From an uncultured Candidatus Saccharibacteria bacterium (GTDB taxonomy: Bacteria; Patescibacteriota; Minisyncoccia; Phycocordibacterales; UBA9973), in assembly GCA_964610995.1 (NCBI GenBank), contig CAZSWF010000003.1, positions 1-54,791 of the forward strand: DNA of 54,791 nt, in the 5' to 3' direction. The translations under genes were made by a program, and so were the position numbers. The notes beneath the pieces are model-generated. The model saw nothing but the letters and a program-made list of their open reading frames with translations, was not told the origin of the DNA and did not search any database. Below, in pieces: positions 44,358 to 52,038 of this stretch. Each line of letters begins with the position of its first letter. The first letter of the stretch is position 1.

Positions 44358-44756
44358 TTACAGCAATACAAGGACCTTCGGTACAAATACGATCAGACCC
44401 ACGACTACTGCACCCACCACCGTCAGGAGTACCGCCCCTGCAGCCACATCCTTGGTGTCACGGGCATAGGGGTGGTAGGTAGGGCTCGTAAGATCTATAT
44501 CGATCTCGAGCGCAGTGTTGAAGCCCTCTGCGACCAGTACCGACGTGATCGCCAGCACAAGTACCGCCCACTCCCCTGGACTGATCTGTAGTACAAAGCC
44601 GAGCACTACTACTACCACTGCTGCAAGTGCATGCACCCACGCATTGTGCTGTGTCCGGAAAATGATCGCTATCCCCCGCAGCGCATGCCGGAAGCTCTGC
44701 GCCCGTGCAATGATAGAGAAGCGTTTCTTTTCGGACATGGGTGAAGGTGTGTTCAT
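44358..44756 (-). CDS. dgkA: Prokaryotic diacylglycerol/undecaprenol kinase family (DgkA-like) membrane protein
   Basis: FRHALRGIAIIFRTQHNAWVH, 3 TM, EGFNTALE, DTKDVAAGAVLL. Confidence 0.8.
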   Translation of the reverse strand: MNTPSPMSEKKRFSIIARAQSFRHALRGIAIIFRTQHNAWVHALAAVVVVVLGFVLQISPGEWAVLVLAITSVLVAEGFNTALEIDIDLTSPTYHPYARDTKDVAAGAVLLTVVGAVVVGLIVFVPKVLVLL

Positions 44757-44762
44757 AGAGGA

Positions 44763-44768
44763 AGTATA
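44763..44768 (-). promoter_or_regulatory. -10 TATACT, 6 nt before the dgkA ATG (leaderless-type)
   Basis: Minus strand reads cgaTATACTtcctctATG. Confidence 0.4.
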
Positions 44769-44785
44769 TCGTGCATTGAGACAAA

Positions 44786-44811
44786 TAAAAAAGCCCTCTC
44801 GATGTGAGAGG
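44786..44811 (-). terminator. Intrinsic terminator after the 141-aa gene
   Basis: Minus strand reads CCTCTC-acatc-GAGAGG, then gc and TTTTTTATTT. Confidence 0.65.
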
Positions 44812-44819
44812 ACTATTTC

Positions 44820-45245
44820 TTAGCCAAGGACAAGTTTTGCTTCTATTACTTGCCCGCGAACCGCATAGTGCCCAGTAATAGTCGCAAACCCGTCTAGTGC
44901 CCGTTCAATGGTTGCGAACATTATCTGCAGGCTTCCGTGATCTTTTGGTGTAACACTGTGTGCAGCCTTTCCGGTATTGAATGCAGAAAATATTATCTGC
45001 TTCGAATCTTTCAACCTATTGTGCTCATCAAAATTGGCTTTCACCAACCGATCGAAATCAAGGAATGCAAACTGTGGGAAAGAATGCGTAATCTGGGGAC
45101 ATTTTTTGGCTATCCTCTCCTTGAGAACTTTTACAATTTCACCAATGGAATTCTTATTTTTCCATTGAAATGTAGCACCGGTCCATAACATAGACGTAAC
45201 CGTGTCCATGAAAGGGCCTTTGTAAACTTGGGATGAATGGTTCAT
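44820..45245 (-). CDS. Hypothetical protein (141 aa), orphan cassette
   Basis: Clean ORF with its own promoter and terminator. No motif recognised. Confidence 0.55.
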   Translation of the reverse strand: MNHSSQVYKGPFMDTVTSMLWTGATFQWKNKNSIGEIVKVLKERIAKKCPQITHSFPQFAFLDFDRLVKANFDEHNRLKDSKQIIFSAFNTGKAAHSVTPKDHGSLQIMFATIERALDGFATITGHYAVRGQVIEAKLVLG

Positions 45246-45263
45246 GTTTTTTAAATTTGGGTG

Positions 45264-45292
45264 ATTTTATAGTGTTTGAGTTGGAATGTCAA
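45264..45292 (-). promoter_or_regulatory. Promoter TTGACA-17-TAAAAT fused to the upstream terminator T-run
   Basis: Minus strand reads ttttatttTTGACAttccaactcaaacactaTAAAATcac. Confidence 0.5.
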
Positions 45293-45321
45293 AAATAAAA
45301 AACCCTCCGATTAAGAGGGTT
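45291..45321 (-). terminator. Intrinsic terminator after the 117-aa gene
   Basis: Minus strand reads AACCCTC-ttaatcg-GAGGGTT followed by TTTTTATTTTT. Confidence 0.7.
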
Positions 45322-45417
45322 TGAGATGTCATTTTTTCTGAATGTTTTTATAGACCAGCATATTGCTCTCATGTGTCTCAAGCAGTCCCCTGAAAGCCCG
45401 GCGATGGTGTCGCCCTT

Positions 45418-45771
45418 CTACACCCGACAAAAAGTGATACTTTTCCAATAACTTTTGTATTCTTGCCACTGTATCTTTGCGATAGGTACTTTGCATCGAT
45501 ACAAAACAAATGATTCGTCGGACACGTTTCTCCGAGTAAACTTTTTTTTATGAAGTCGTGTCTCAACACATAGTATATTGGCAAGTTCTCCAGCAGAGTC
45601 ATCCGACAGTGCAAGAAGTACATCAAACAACTCTTTGTGTGTTGCGTTCATACATACTCCCACGACGTGTAGTAAAAACAATGGTTCTGAAGAGTACAAA
45701 AGATCAATAAGATCTGCATCAATCTGATCAATAGAAATGATGGAAGTCTGTTCGTTATATATCTTTTTCAT
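45418..45771 (-). CDS. Hypothetical protein (117 aa), orphan cassette
   Basis: Clean ORF with its own promoter and terminator. No motif recognised. Confidence 0.5.
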   Translation of the reverse strand: MKKIYNEQTSIISIDQIDADLIDLLYSSEPLFLLHVVGVCMNATHKELFDVLLALSDDSAGELANILCVETRLHKKKFTRRNVSDESFVLYRCKVPIAKIQWQEYKSYWKSITFCRV

Positions 45772-45787
45772 ATGTAGTTTTTTCTCG

Positions 45788-45815
45788 ATAGTACTCTTTT
45801 ATGAGGCGTTGTCAA
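45788..45815 (-). promoter_or_regulatory. Promoter TTGACA-16-TACTAT fused to the upstream terminator T-run
   Basis: Minus strand reads ttttttTTGACAacgcctcataaaagagTACTATcg. Confidence 0.5.
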
Positions 45816-45841
45816 AAAAAAGAACCGGTAAAAACCGGTTC
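45814..45841 (-). terminator. Intrinsic terminator after the helicase gene
   Basis: Minus strand reads GAACCGGT-tttt-ACCGGTTC followed by TTTTTTTT. Confidence 0.8.
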
Positions 45842-45852
45842 GATGTAAAGAA

Positions 45853-48800
45853 CTATATTTTCTTCTTTCTTGTATAAAGAACATTATTTAAACTATAAAG
45901 AACATCATCTCCGACTCCTTCCAACTTTAACTTTTTAGCAACCCTATAAAGAAACTCTTTATCAACCTTTCCTTTTTCGATAGCTAACACCTGGGCTATA
46001 AAACCAGCTCCTTTACCAAATTGCCCGAAAGACATAGCTTTGAAATCGGCGTTTGGTATATTAACCAGATCTTTATAACTCATTATTCCGTTCTTTTTAA
46101 GTTCTTCTGTATAAACAATATTCTTATCCTCATCTGAAGGCATCCATCCAAGCCATATTGCGAGTTCGTCCATAACAGAAAAAGTAATACGTTTAAATAT
46201 CTTATTCAGAGAGAAACGTAAAAACTTTGATGCTTTGCCTAATGAACCAAACTCCATACTTCTAAACTTTACTGGCCTTATTTTTTTTAACTCCCAATAA
46301 TTAAAGATACCGTAGTCAGCCAGTATTTTCTTAGCTAATTCTTTTTTACCTTCATCACTAGTTAGCCAGCCAAGTTTAGAGGATACTTGGTCTAAATCAA
46401 TATTATCAATTCGAATGCTGGTATTATGAGGAATATCAAGAATCCTACCAAGTAACATTACACCTGAACCAATTTCTCCGAACTTAGTCATACCGAGCTT
46501 TCTTTTTCCAAAGCCTATTAAGCTACTGTGATCAACAATGCCTCGTTTTGCAAGTAACTCTTTTAGGTAATCTATCTTAGACCACCCTAAATATTCTGCC
46601 GCCAATTCGAGTTTGCTTCTTGTTAGATTGGTAGCTGGCTCTTTAAGAATAATTGAGAAAAACTTCTGACCGTGACCAATGACGCCATATTTTAAAGCCT
46701 TCAATTTTAACATATCGTACTTTTTTAAGTCGCCGTAGCTTCGTATGTTATGTTTAGCTAGTTCTAAGAGGTAATGTTCTTTTTTCTGTTCCTCTGATAA
46801 TTCCCAACCTAGTATCGATGCAATTTTTTCATACAATACAACTGTATTCAAATCAAAGGATCTTGTATTAAGAATCGCACCAGCAAAGTTTTTGATTTTC
46901 TTAAAATCTCCAAACTCTACTTTTCCTAGCTGAAAAAGAGAAAACGAAACAAGACTCCAGTAATCGGTAATACCATGTTTTCTAAACTCTTCTTTGTATT
47001 TATTAATTCGTTCCTCTTCAGAGGGCATCCAATTGATTTTTTTAGCAACTTCATTAAGCGTATCGTAAGTAACAATAAATTTCTTATAATTCTTTTGTCC
47101 GATACGAACACCTAAATATCTACAAAAATAAATTGGGGAGCTAAAAACTCCAAAGTTTAACCTTGTAAATTTAAAAGTGCCAAATTTATAAACTAGATCC
47201 CAATAATCATTTATACCATTCAACTTTAACTGCTCCTTTGCCATTTCAATAAGGTTCCCCTTTTCTTTCATCAATTCATGCGACTTCACGCTTTTGTTTT
47301 CGATGAACTCAATACTTTTAACAGGAATCAGTTCTTTGAGATTAATTTGTTCAGGGCCATATACGCCTTGACCAAGGTAACCACGGATAAATCCTGCAAG
47401 TTCTTTTTCTTCATCAGTGAGACTTTCCCAGACTTTCTTCCAGGTTAATCCTTGCTTAAGGAGAGTGAATATTTTCATTTCAACTTCACGCTGTCCTGTA
47501 TACCCAGCAACAAGGCCGCCATTGAGATAAATATTTACCCCGAAAATTGAAAGAAGAGATCCGATCTCATGTCGTTCACTTTTAAATACACCATCAACCA
47601 CCAAGAGATCTTCCCCTGGAATGAAGCGGGTACCCCGACCAATTTCCTGGACTGATTTCCAAAGTGCTGAAACACTGTATGGGCGAAAACTCAAGATACC
47701 ATTAATTTCTGGAACATCTGCACCCTCACCAAGTTTTTCACTCGTGAACATGATAGTCGTCTCATTATTATGATATCGATCCATGCGACGATTGAATTCG
47801 GTCATCCCAATTTCACCACTGACATAATCAGCGATAAAGTTTACACCGTCTCCATGTTTTTCATCGATCAACTGCTTGAGTTCATTATTACAGAAGAATG
47901 ACAACTCCTCAGCAATTTTTATTCGATCAACGAATACTAACCATTTACGGTCAATTACTGATTTTGCGCCAACTGCAGTAAGTACCTCATTATCCTTAAC
48001 AAAAAGCTCTTCAAGAATTGCTTTCATTATAGGGATATTTTTAGCAACCACTTTTGCTGTTTGCTGTACCGGTAATTCTCTTGTCTGAGACTTTACAGAT
48101 GTTAGATCTATATATGTCCGAGCATTGATATACCGTACTGGCTTAAGTTCTCTGCGGTTTATGCACTCAAGGATACTTGCATGATATGCAAGACGTTCAT
48201 GATATGGAACAATTTCACCATTTTCTTCTTCGGGCTTGATAGCTTCAAAGAATATGAAAGGATTATTCCATCTCTGCCCTTTTGTTGTTGCAGAACCACC
48301 TACAAAAAATGCGGTATGCATTTTGTTTTCAAGGATAATACGAATACGATCAGTTACCCGATGCGATTCGTCACATACTACTAATCCAGCTTTTTTCTTA
48401 TACAGAATATCTACTGTCTTAGTTGTAAGACCTTGATAGCATGCCAGAGTTACCTTAGCATTTTTCTCAAACTCTTTTGACGATCCTGATCTACCCGCAA
48501 GAATTCTAATGTCATCATCAGAGAACATCGGAAGCCACATTTTTACATCTCCATATATCAACGGTTCATCGTCATCATCTTCTGATAACAATGCTGGCAA
48601 ACCAATCATTTGGTCTGCAATATTGATACGGGATGTAAACAGTGTAATTTCAAATTTCTCTTCGACACCAAATACTCGCAGTGTGTCATAGAAGGCACGA
48701 ATAATCGCACCCCAGATCATTGACTTACCTGCACCTGTTGGAATTTCTACCAAAGGGCGTGTAAACCAATGTTCAAAAGCTTTAATGATTGCTTGAAGCG

Positions 48801-49080
48801 CTTCACGCTGAGTTTGCCTCCATGGACGCTCTATACCATACTGTAGTGGATTGAGCGTTTTTTTGAGTTGAGTAATGAAGTAATCCCGAATTTTTTCAAC
48901 CTCCAATAAGGAGATCATGAAATTGCTGATATATTCATCTTGGTCAAGATTGGGAGAAAATTCTTGTTCTGCCCAATCTTTTCGATTCATACCTTCAGGC
49001 AGGGAGAACCCATTACCTAAAGCAATTCCAGTCAAGTTTTCTATAACCTGTACTGGTTTGTTTGCTAGTAAATTTTTCAT
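45853..49080 (-). CDS. SF2 (DEAD/DEAH, ResIII-like) helicase/translocase with six C-terminal ~74-aa tandem repeats of unknown family
   Basis: PTGAGKS (aa 114-120), CDESH (236-240), SAT (263-265), QEIGRGTR (478-485). Aa ~605-1055 is the repeat array. Very AT-rich. Confidence 0.85.
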   Translation of the reverse strand: MKNLLANKPVQVIENLTGIALGNGFSLPEGMNRKDWAEQEFSPNLDQDEYISNFMISLLEVEKIRDYFITQLKKTLNPLQYGIERPWRQTQREALQAIIKAFEHWFTRPLVEIPTGAGKSMIWGAIIRAFYDTLRVFGVEEKFEITLFTSRINIADQMIGLPALLSEDDDDEPLIYGDVKMWLPMFSDDDIRILAGRSGSSKEFEKNAKVTLACYQGLTTKTVDILYKKKAGLVVCDESHRVTDRIRIILENKMHTAFFVGGSATTKGQRWNNPFIFFEAIKPEEENGEIVPYHERLAYHASILECINRRELKPVRYINARTYIDLTSVKSQTRELPVQQTAKVVAKNIPIMKAILEELFVKDNEVLTAVGAKSVIDRKWLVFVDRIKIAEELSFFCNNELKQLIDEKHGDGVNFIADYVSGEIGMTEFNRRMDRYHNNETTIMFTSEKLGEGADVPEINGILSFRPYSVSALWKSVQEIGRGTRFIPGEDLLVVDGVFKSERHEIGSLLSIFGVNIYLNGGLVAGYTGQREVEMKIFTLLKQGLTWKKVWESLTDEEKELAGFIRGYLGQGVYGPEQINLKELIPVKSIEFIENKSVKSHELMKEKGNLIEMAKEQLKLNGINDYWDLVYKFGTFKFTRLNFGVFSSPIYFCRYLGVRIGQKNYKKFIVTYDTLNEVAKKINWMPSEEERINKYKEEFRKHGITDYWSLVSFSLFQLGKVEFGDFKKIKNFAGAILNTRSFDLNTVVLYEKIASILGWELSEEQKKEHYLLELAKHNIRSYGDLKKYDMLKLKALKYGVIGHGQKFFSIILKEPATNLTRSKLELAAEYLGWSKIDYLKELLAKRGIVDHSSLIGFGKRKLGMTKFGEIGSGVMLLGRILDIPHNTSIRIDNIDLDQVSSKLGWLTSDEGKKELAKKILADYGIFNYWELKKIRPVKFRSMEFGSLGKASKFLRFSLNKIFKRITFSVMDELAIWLGWMPSDEDKNIVYTEELKKNGIMSYKDLVNIPNADFKAMSFGQFGKGAGFIAQVLAIEKGKVDKEFLYRVAKKLKLEGVGDDVLYSLNNVLYTRKKKI
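45916..47268 (-). repeat. Coding tandem repeat array: six ~69-81-aa units
   Basis: Anchors are NGINDYWDL(621), HGITDYWSL(702), HNIRSYGDL(777), RGIVDHSSL(846), YGIFNYWEL(923), NGIMSYKDL(997). LGW/INW Trp residues fall at 684, 759, 833, 905 and 979. Confidence 0.8.
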
Positions 49081-49089
49081 TATGCAGGC

Positions 49090-49096
49090 CCTCCTT
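49090..49096 (-). promoter_or_regulatory. Canonical Shine-Dalgarno AAGGAGG, 9 nt before the helicase ATG
   Basis: Minus strand reads ggccAAGGAGGgcctgcataATG. The SD sits in the loop of a GGCC/GGCC mini-hairpin. I saw no comparably strong SD at the other gene starts I inspected by eye. Confidence 0.6.
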
Positions 49097-49135
49097 GGCC
49101 GTTTTTAAAGAGTTTTGTGAATATTATTTTTTATT

Positions 49136-49165
49136 TATATAACCATGAATATAGATATAAGTCAA
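49136..49165 (-). promoter_or_regulatory. Putative promoter TTGACT-18-TATATA for the helicase
   Basis: Minus strand reads atTTGACTtatatctatattcatggtTATATAaat, just after the rplB terminator. Confidence 0.4.
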
Positions 49166-49181
49166 TATCATTGCCTAATAC

Positions 49182-49207
49182 AAAAACCACCCATACGGGT
49201 GATTTTT
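49182..49207 (-). terminator. Intrinsic terminator directly after rplB
   Basis: Minus strand reads CACCC-gtat-GGGTG followed by GTTTTTG. Confidence 0.6.
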
Positions 49208-49213
49208 GAGAGA

Positions 49214-50050
49214 TTATTTCTTCCCAACTTTTCGTCTCGTGATGACGTCGTTGTTTGAGTATTTCTTGGGAGTACGAGTCTTGCGACCGCCGGTGACCTT
49301 GCCCCACAGTGTCTTGGGACGCTTGGTACCACGGCCTTGTACACCTTCACCACCACCGTATGGGTGATCGACAGGGTTCATGGCAGTACCTCGGACGGTA
49401 GGACGGATACCCTTCCATCGTGAGCGACCAGCCTTACCATAGCGAACGAGCTTGTTCTCGTCATTGGAAACTGTACCGAGTGTTGCCCAGCAGGTGTCCT
49501 GTACGCGTCTGATCTCGGTCGATGGCATCTTGAGCTGCGTGTAGCCGTCGTTTTGCGCAATAACCTGCGCAAATGAACCTGCTGATCGGACCATCTTTGC
49601 GCCAGCACCTGGCTTGATCTCAATGTTGTATACAAATGCACCACTAGGGATCGCTGCAAGTGGGAGGCGGTTGCCTTGCTCGATAGGAGCAGTCGCAGAA
49701 ACGGTGAACATGTCTCCTACTTTCACACCCTTGGGGAGTACGACGTAGCGCTTTTCACCATCACGGTAGATCGCAAGTCCAATAAATGCAGAACGGTTTG
49801 GGTCGTATTCGATCGAATCAATACGTGCGGGAATGTCATGCTTGTTGTACAAAAAGTCTACATCACGGTAGAGACGCTTGTTGCCTCCCCCTTTGTGACG
49901 AGTGGTGATACGACCCATGTTGTTGCGGCCCACGTGTCGCTTGCGACCCTTGGTCAATGCCTTGAGTGGAGTAGTGCGAGTCAACACCTTGCGATAGTCA
50001 ATCGTAAGTGTTTGTCTCTGTCCTGGTGATGTGGGTTTGCGTGATTTCAT
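49214..50050 (-). CDS. rplB: 50S ribosomal protein L2
   Basis: GRNNMGRITTRHKGGG...MNPVDHPYGGGEG. Confidence 0.93.
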   Translation of the reverse strand: MKSRKPTSPGQRQTLTIDYRKVLTRTTPLKALTKGRKRHVGRNNMGRITTRHKGGGNKRLYRDVDFLYNKHDIPARIDSIEYDPNRSAFIGLAIYRDGEKRYVVLPKGVKVGDMFTVSATAPIEQGNRLPLAAIPSGAFVYNIEIKPGAGAKMVRSAGSFAQVIAQNDGYTQLKMPSTEIRRVQDTCWATLGTVSNDENKLVRYGKAGRSRWKGIRPTVRGTAMNPVDHPYGGGEGVQGRGTKRPKTLWGKVTGGRKTRTPKKYSNNDVITRRKVGKK

Positions 50051-50074
50051 AAAATTCTTGTTATCTGTGCATTA

Positions 50075-50398
50075 TTACATGATGTCTATTTTGACACCCT
50101 TGGCGACGGTGACGTACGCTTTCTTGGACTTGCGGGCAACCCCGAGCACTCCCTTGCGCCAAAATGTCTTGGGTTTGACATTTACGGTGTGCACCTTGAG
50201 TGGCTTGTGTTTGTATTGTGCGAAAAATGCTTTTGCGATTTCGTTTTTGGTCATGCCAAATACGACGTCAAAGGTGTACGTGTTCATACTACCGAGCTTT
50301 GCAGCCTTTTCGGTGATGCGAGGTTTGCGAATGACACTGATGGGAGTCTTCACTTCTTGCTCGGTCTTGAGTTGTGTTGTTTTGGTAGCCATATACAA
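50075..50398 (-). CDS. rplW: 50S ribosomal protein L23
   Basis: IRKPRITEKAAKL...YTFDV....K.EI. Sits between rplD and rplB. Confidence 0.85.
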   Translation of the reverse strand: MYMATKTTQLKTEQEVKTPISVIRKPRITEKAAKLGSMNTYTFDVVFGMTKNEIAKAFFAQYKHKPLKVHTVNVKPKTFWRKGVLGVARKSKKAYVTVAKGVKIDIM

Positions 50399-50401
50399 AT
50401 A

Positions 50402-51103
50402 TTATTTCATCTTTGACTCAAGTGTTGGCACTATCTGAGCCGGGTCGACCATGACAATGTGGCGATAGCCCAAAAGCATTGTCGGGTTGAGCTCAAGTGC
50501 AGTCGTGATAGTCACTCCTGGAAGGTTCGCGAAGCTCTTGGTGACGGTGTCTTGGAGAGCTGGGACTACAATGAGAGCGTTGGTGCGCTTTTCTGAGTCG
50601 ATCGCTGCAAAGCCGTCAGCTTTTGCAAATGCCTTGAGTACGAGGTCTGCATCCTTGGTCTTGATCGCAGGGAGTGAGAGCGTATCTACAAAGAGCATGC
50701 TGCCCATCGCATACTTGCGTGAGAGTACGGTGTAGAGTGCTTTGACGCGAGATTTCTTGTTGATCTTTTTTGAGTAGTCTTTGTCATTGCGAGGACCAAA
50801 AGTGATACCTCCACCTGTCCAGATCGGACTACGGTTGGAACCGTGTCGAGCCTGACCAGTACCTTTTTGCTTCCATGGCTTCTTGCCACCACCAGAAACT
50901 TCTGAACGGTCCTTGGTATGTGCAGTACCTGCCCGCTTGTTTGCGGCCATACTCGTGATCACTTGGTGAACGAGGTCTGCGTTCCATGGTGCGCCAAATA
51001 CCTTCTCAGAGAGAGTAATAGTCCCCGCTTTTGCACCCTTTTGCGAGTAGAGTGTTGCTTCGAGAGATACTGCCTTTTTGGTTGTTTGTTTTGATGTAGC
51101 CAT
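50402..51103 (-). CDS. rplD: 50S ribosomal protein L4
   Basis: RAGTAHTKDRSEVSGGGKKPWKQKGTGQARHGSNRSPIWTGGG. Confidence 0.92.
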   Translation of the reverse strand: MATSKQTTKKAVSLEATLYSQKGAKAGTITLSEKVFGAPWNADLVHQVITSMAANKRAGTAHTKDRSEVSGGGKKPWKQKGTGQARHGSNRSPIWTGGGITFGPRNDKDYSKKINKKSRVKALYTVLSRKYAMGSMLFVDTLSLPAIKTKDADLVLKAFAKADGFAAIDSEKRTNALIVVPALQDTVTKSFANLPGVTITTALELNPTMLLGYRHIVMVDPAQIVPTLESKMK

Positions 51104-51114
51104 ATAAATACTCG

Positions 51115-51729
51115 TTATGCGGTCGCACTTACGATGCGTACAAGAGAGCCTCGTCGACCAGGGACAGCTCCGCCAATAAAGATAGTATCTCCTTCTACTG
51201 CCACAACCTTGAGACCTTTGACAGTCACAGTGTCTCCACCGGTGCGTCCTGCCATGCGCATACCCTTGACCACGCGGCCTCCAGCGCGACCTGGTCCTCC
51301 ACCGATCGATCCTGCTTCGCGTTCAGAGTGTTTCTGACCGTGAGATCGAGGACCGCCATGGAAACCATGTCGCTTGACCACACCTTGGAAGCCTTTTGAC
51401 TTTGATGTGCCGGTGACGATCACGTCATCTCCTGCAGCAAATGCGTCTGCTGACATAGTGTCACCTGACGCTACTACTGGGTTGTCAGTACGAAACTCTT
51501 GTACTACCTTGTATGCCTTGCCTCCGAGAGAACCTATTTCTGCCTTGGTGCGGCGTGACTCTTTTTGATCTCCGGTTGCTACTTGTACAGCACTATAGCC
51601 ATCGCTTTCGATAGTCTTGATCCGGGTGACAGTGTTTTGCTCCACCTTGATAGCGGTCACAGGATATACCACGCCTTTGTCGTCAAAGCGCTGGGTCATA
51701 TTGATTTTTGTGCCGATGATAAATTTCAT
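51115..51729 (-). CDS. rplC: 50S ribosomal protein L3
   Basis: GTKINMTQRFD...GTSKSKGFQGVVKRHGF.GG..SHG. Confidence 0.92.
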   Translation of the reverse strand: MKFIIGTKINMTQRFDDKGVVYPVTAIKVEQNTVTRIKTIESDGYSAVQVATGDQKESRRTKAEIGSLGGKAYKVVQEFRTDNPVVASGDTMSADAFAAGDDVIVTGTSKSKGFQGVVKRHGFHGGPRSHGQKHSEREAGSIGGGPGRAGGRVVKGMRMAGRTGGDTVTVKGLKVVAVEGDTIFIGGAVPGRRGSLVRIVSATA

Positions 51730-51803
51730 ATGTTCTTGCCTGCCACCTGGGCGGGTATTGGACCATTTTTACAAACGTTAGCTACGTTTTAATTGGTAGG
51801 AGG

Positions 51804-51831
51804 ATTATACACGCATTGTTATTTTATGCAA
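51804..51831 (-). promoter_or_regulatory. Promoter TTGCAT-16-TATAAT upstream of rplC
   Basis: Minus strand reads cTTGCATaaaataacaatgcgtgTATAATcc, about 70 nt before the rplC ATG. Confidence 0.55.
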
Positions 51832-52001
51832 GAGGGTGTTATGCTCTACATAACGGAGTAGGAAATGAGCACCTACTTACTGGTTTACCAGCCGGCTTTA
51901 GGGCTTAGTGTTCATGTAGAACATCAACAAAATAGACGATTTTGTTCTTTTACCCAATCAAAACTTAGTATTTTAGTACATGATGTTAAGAACATTCACC
52001 A

Positions 52002-52032
52002 CAAACCCGCCTCGTACGAGGGGGTTTTATTT
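52002..52032. terminator. Hairpin with a strong T-run on the plus strand, just past the PG-binding gene stop
   Basis: AAACCC(g)CCTC-gtac-GAGGGGGTTT followed by TATTTT on the plus strand. On the minus strand it is followed only by TTTG. Confidence 0.55.
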
Positions 52033-52038
52033 TGTTCA

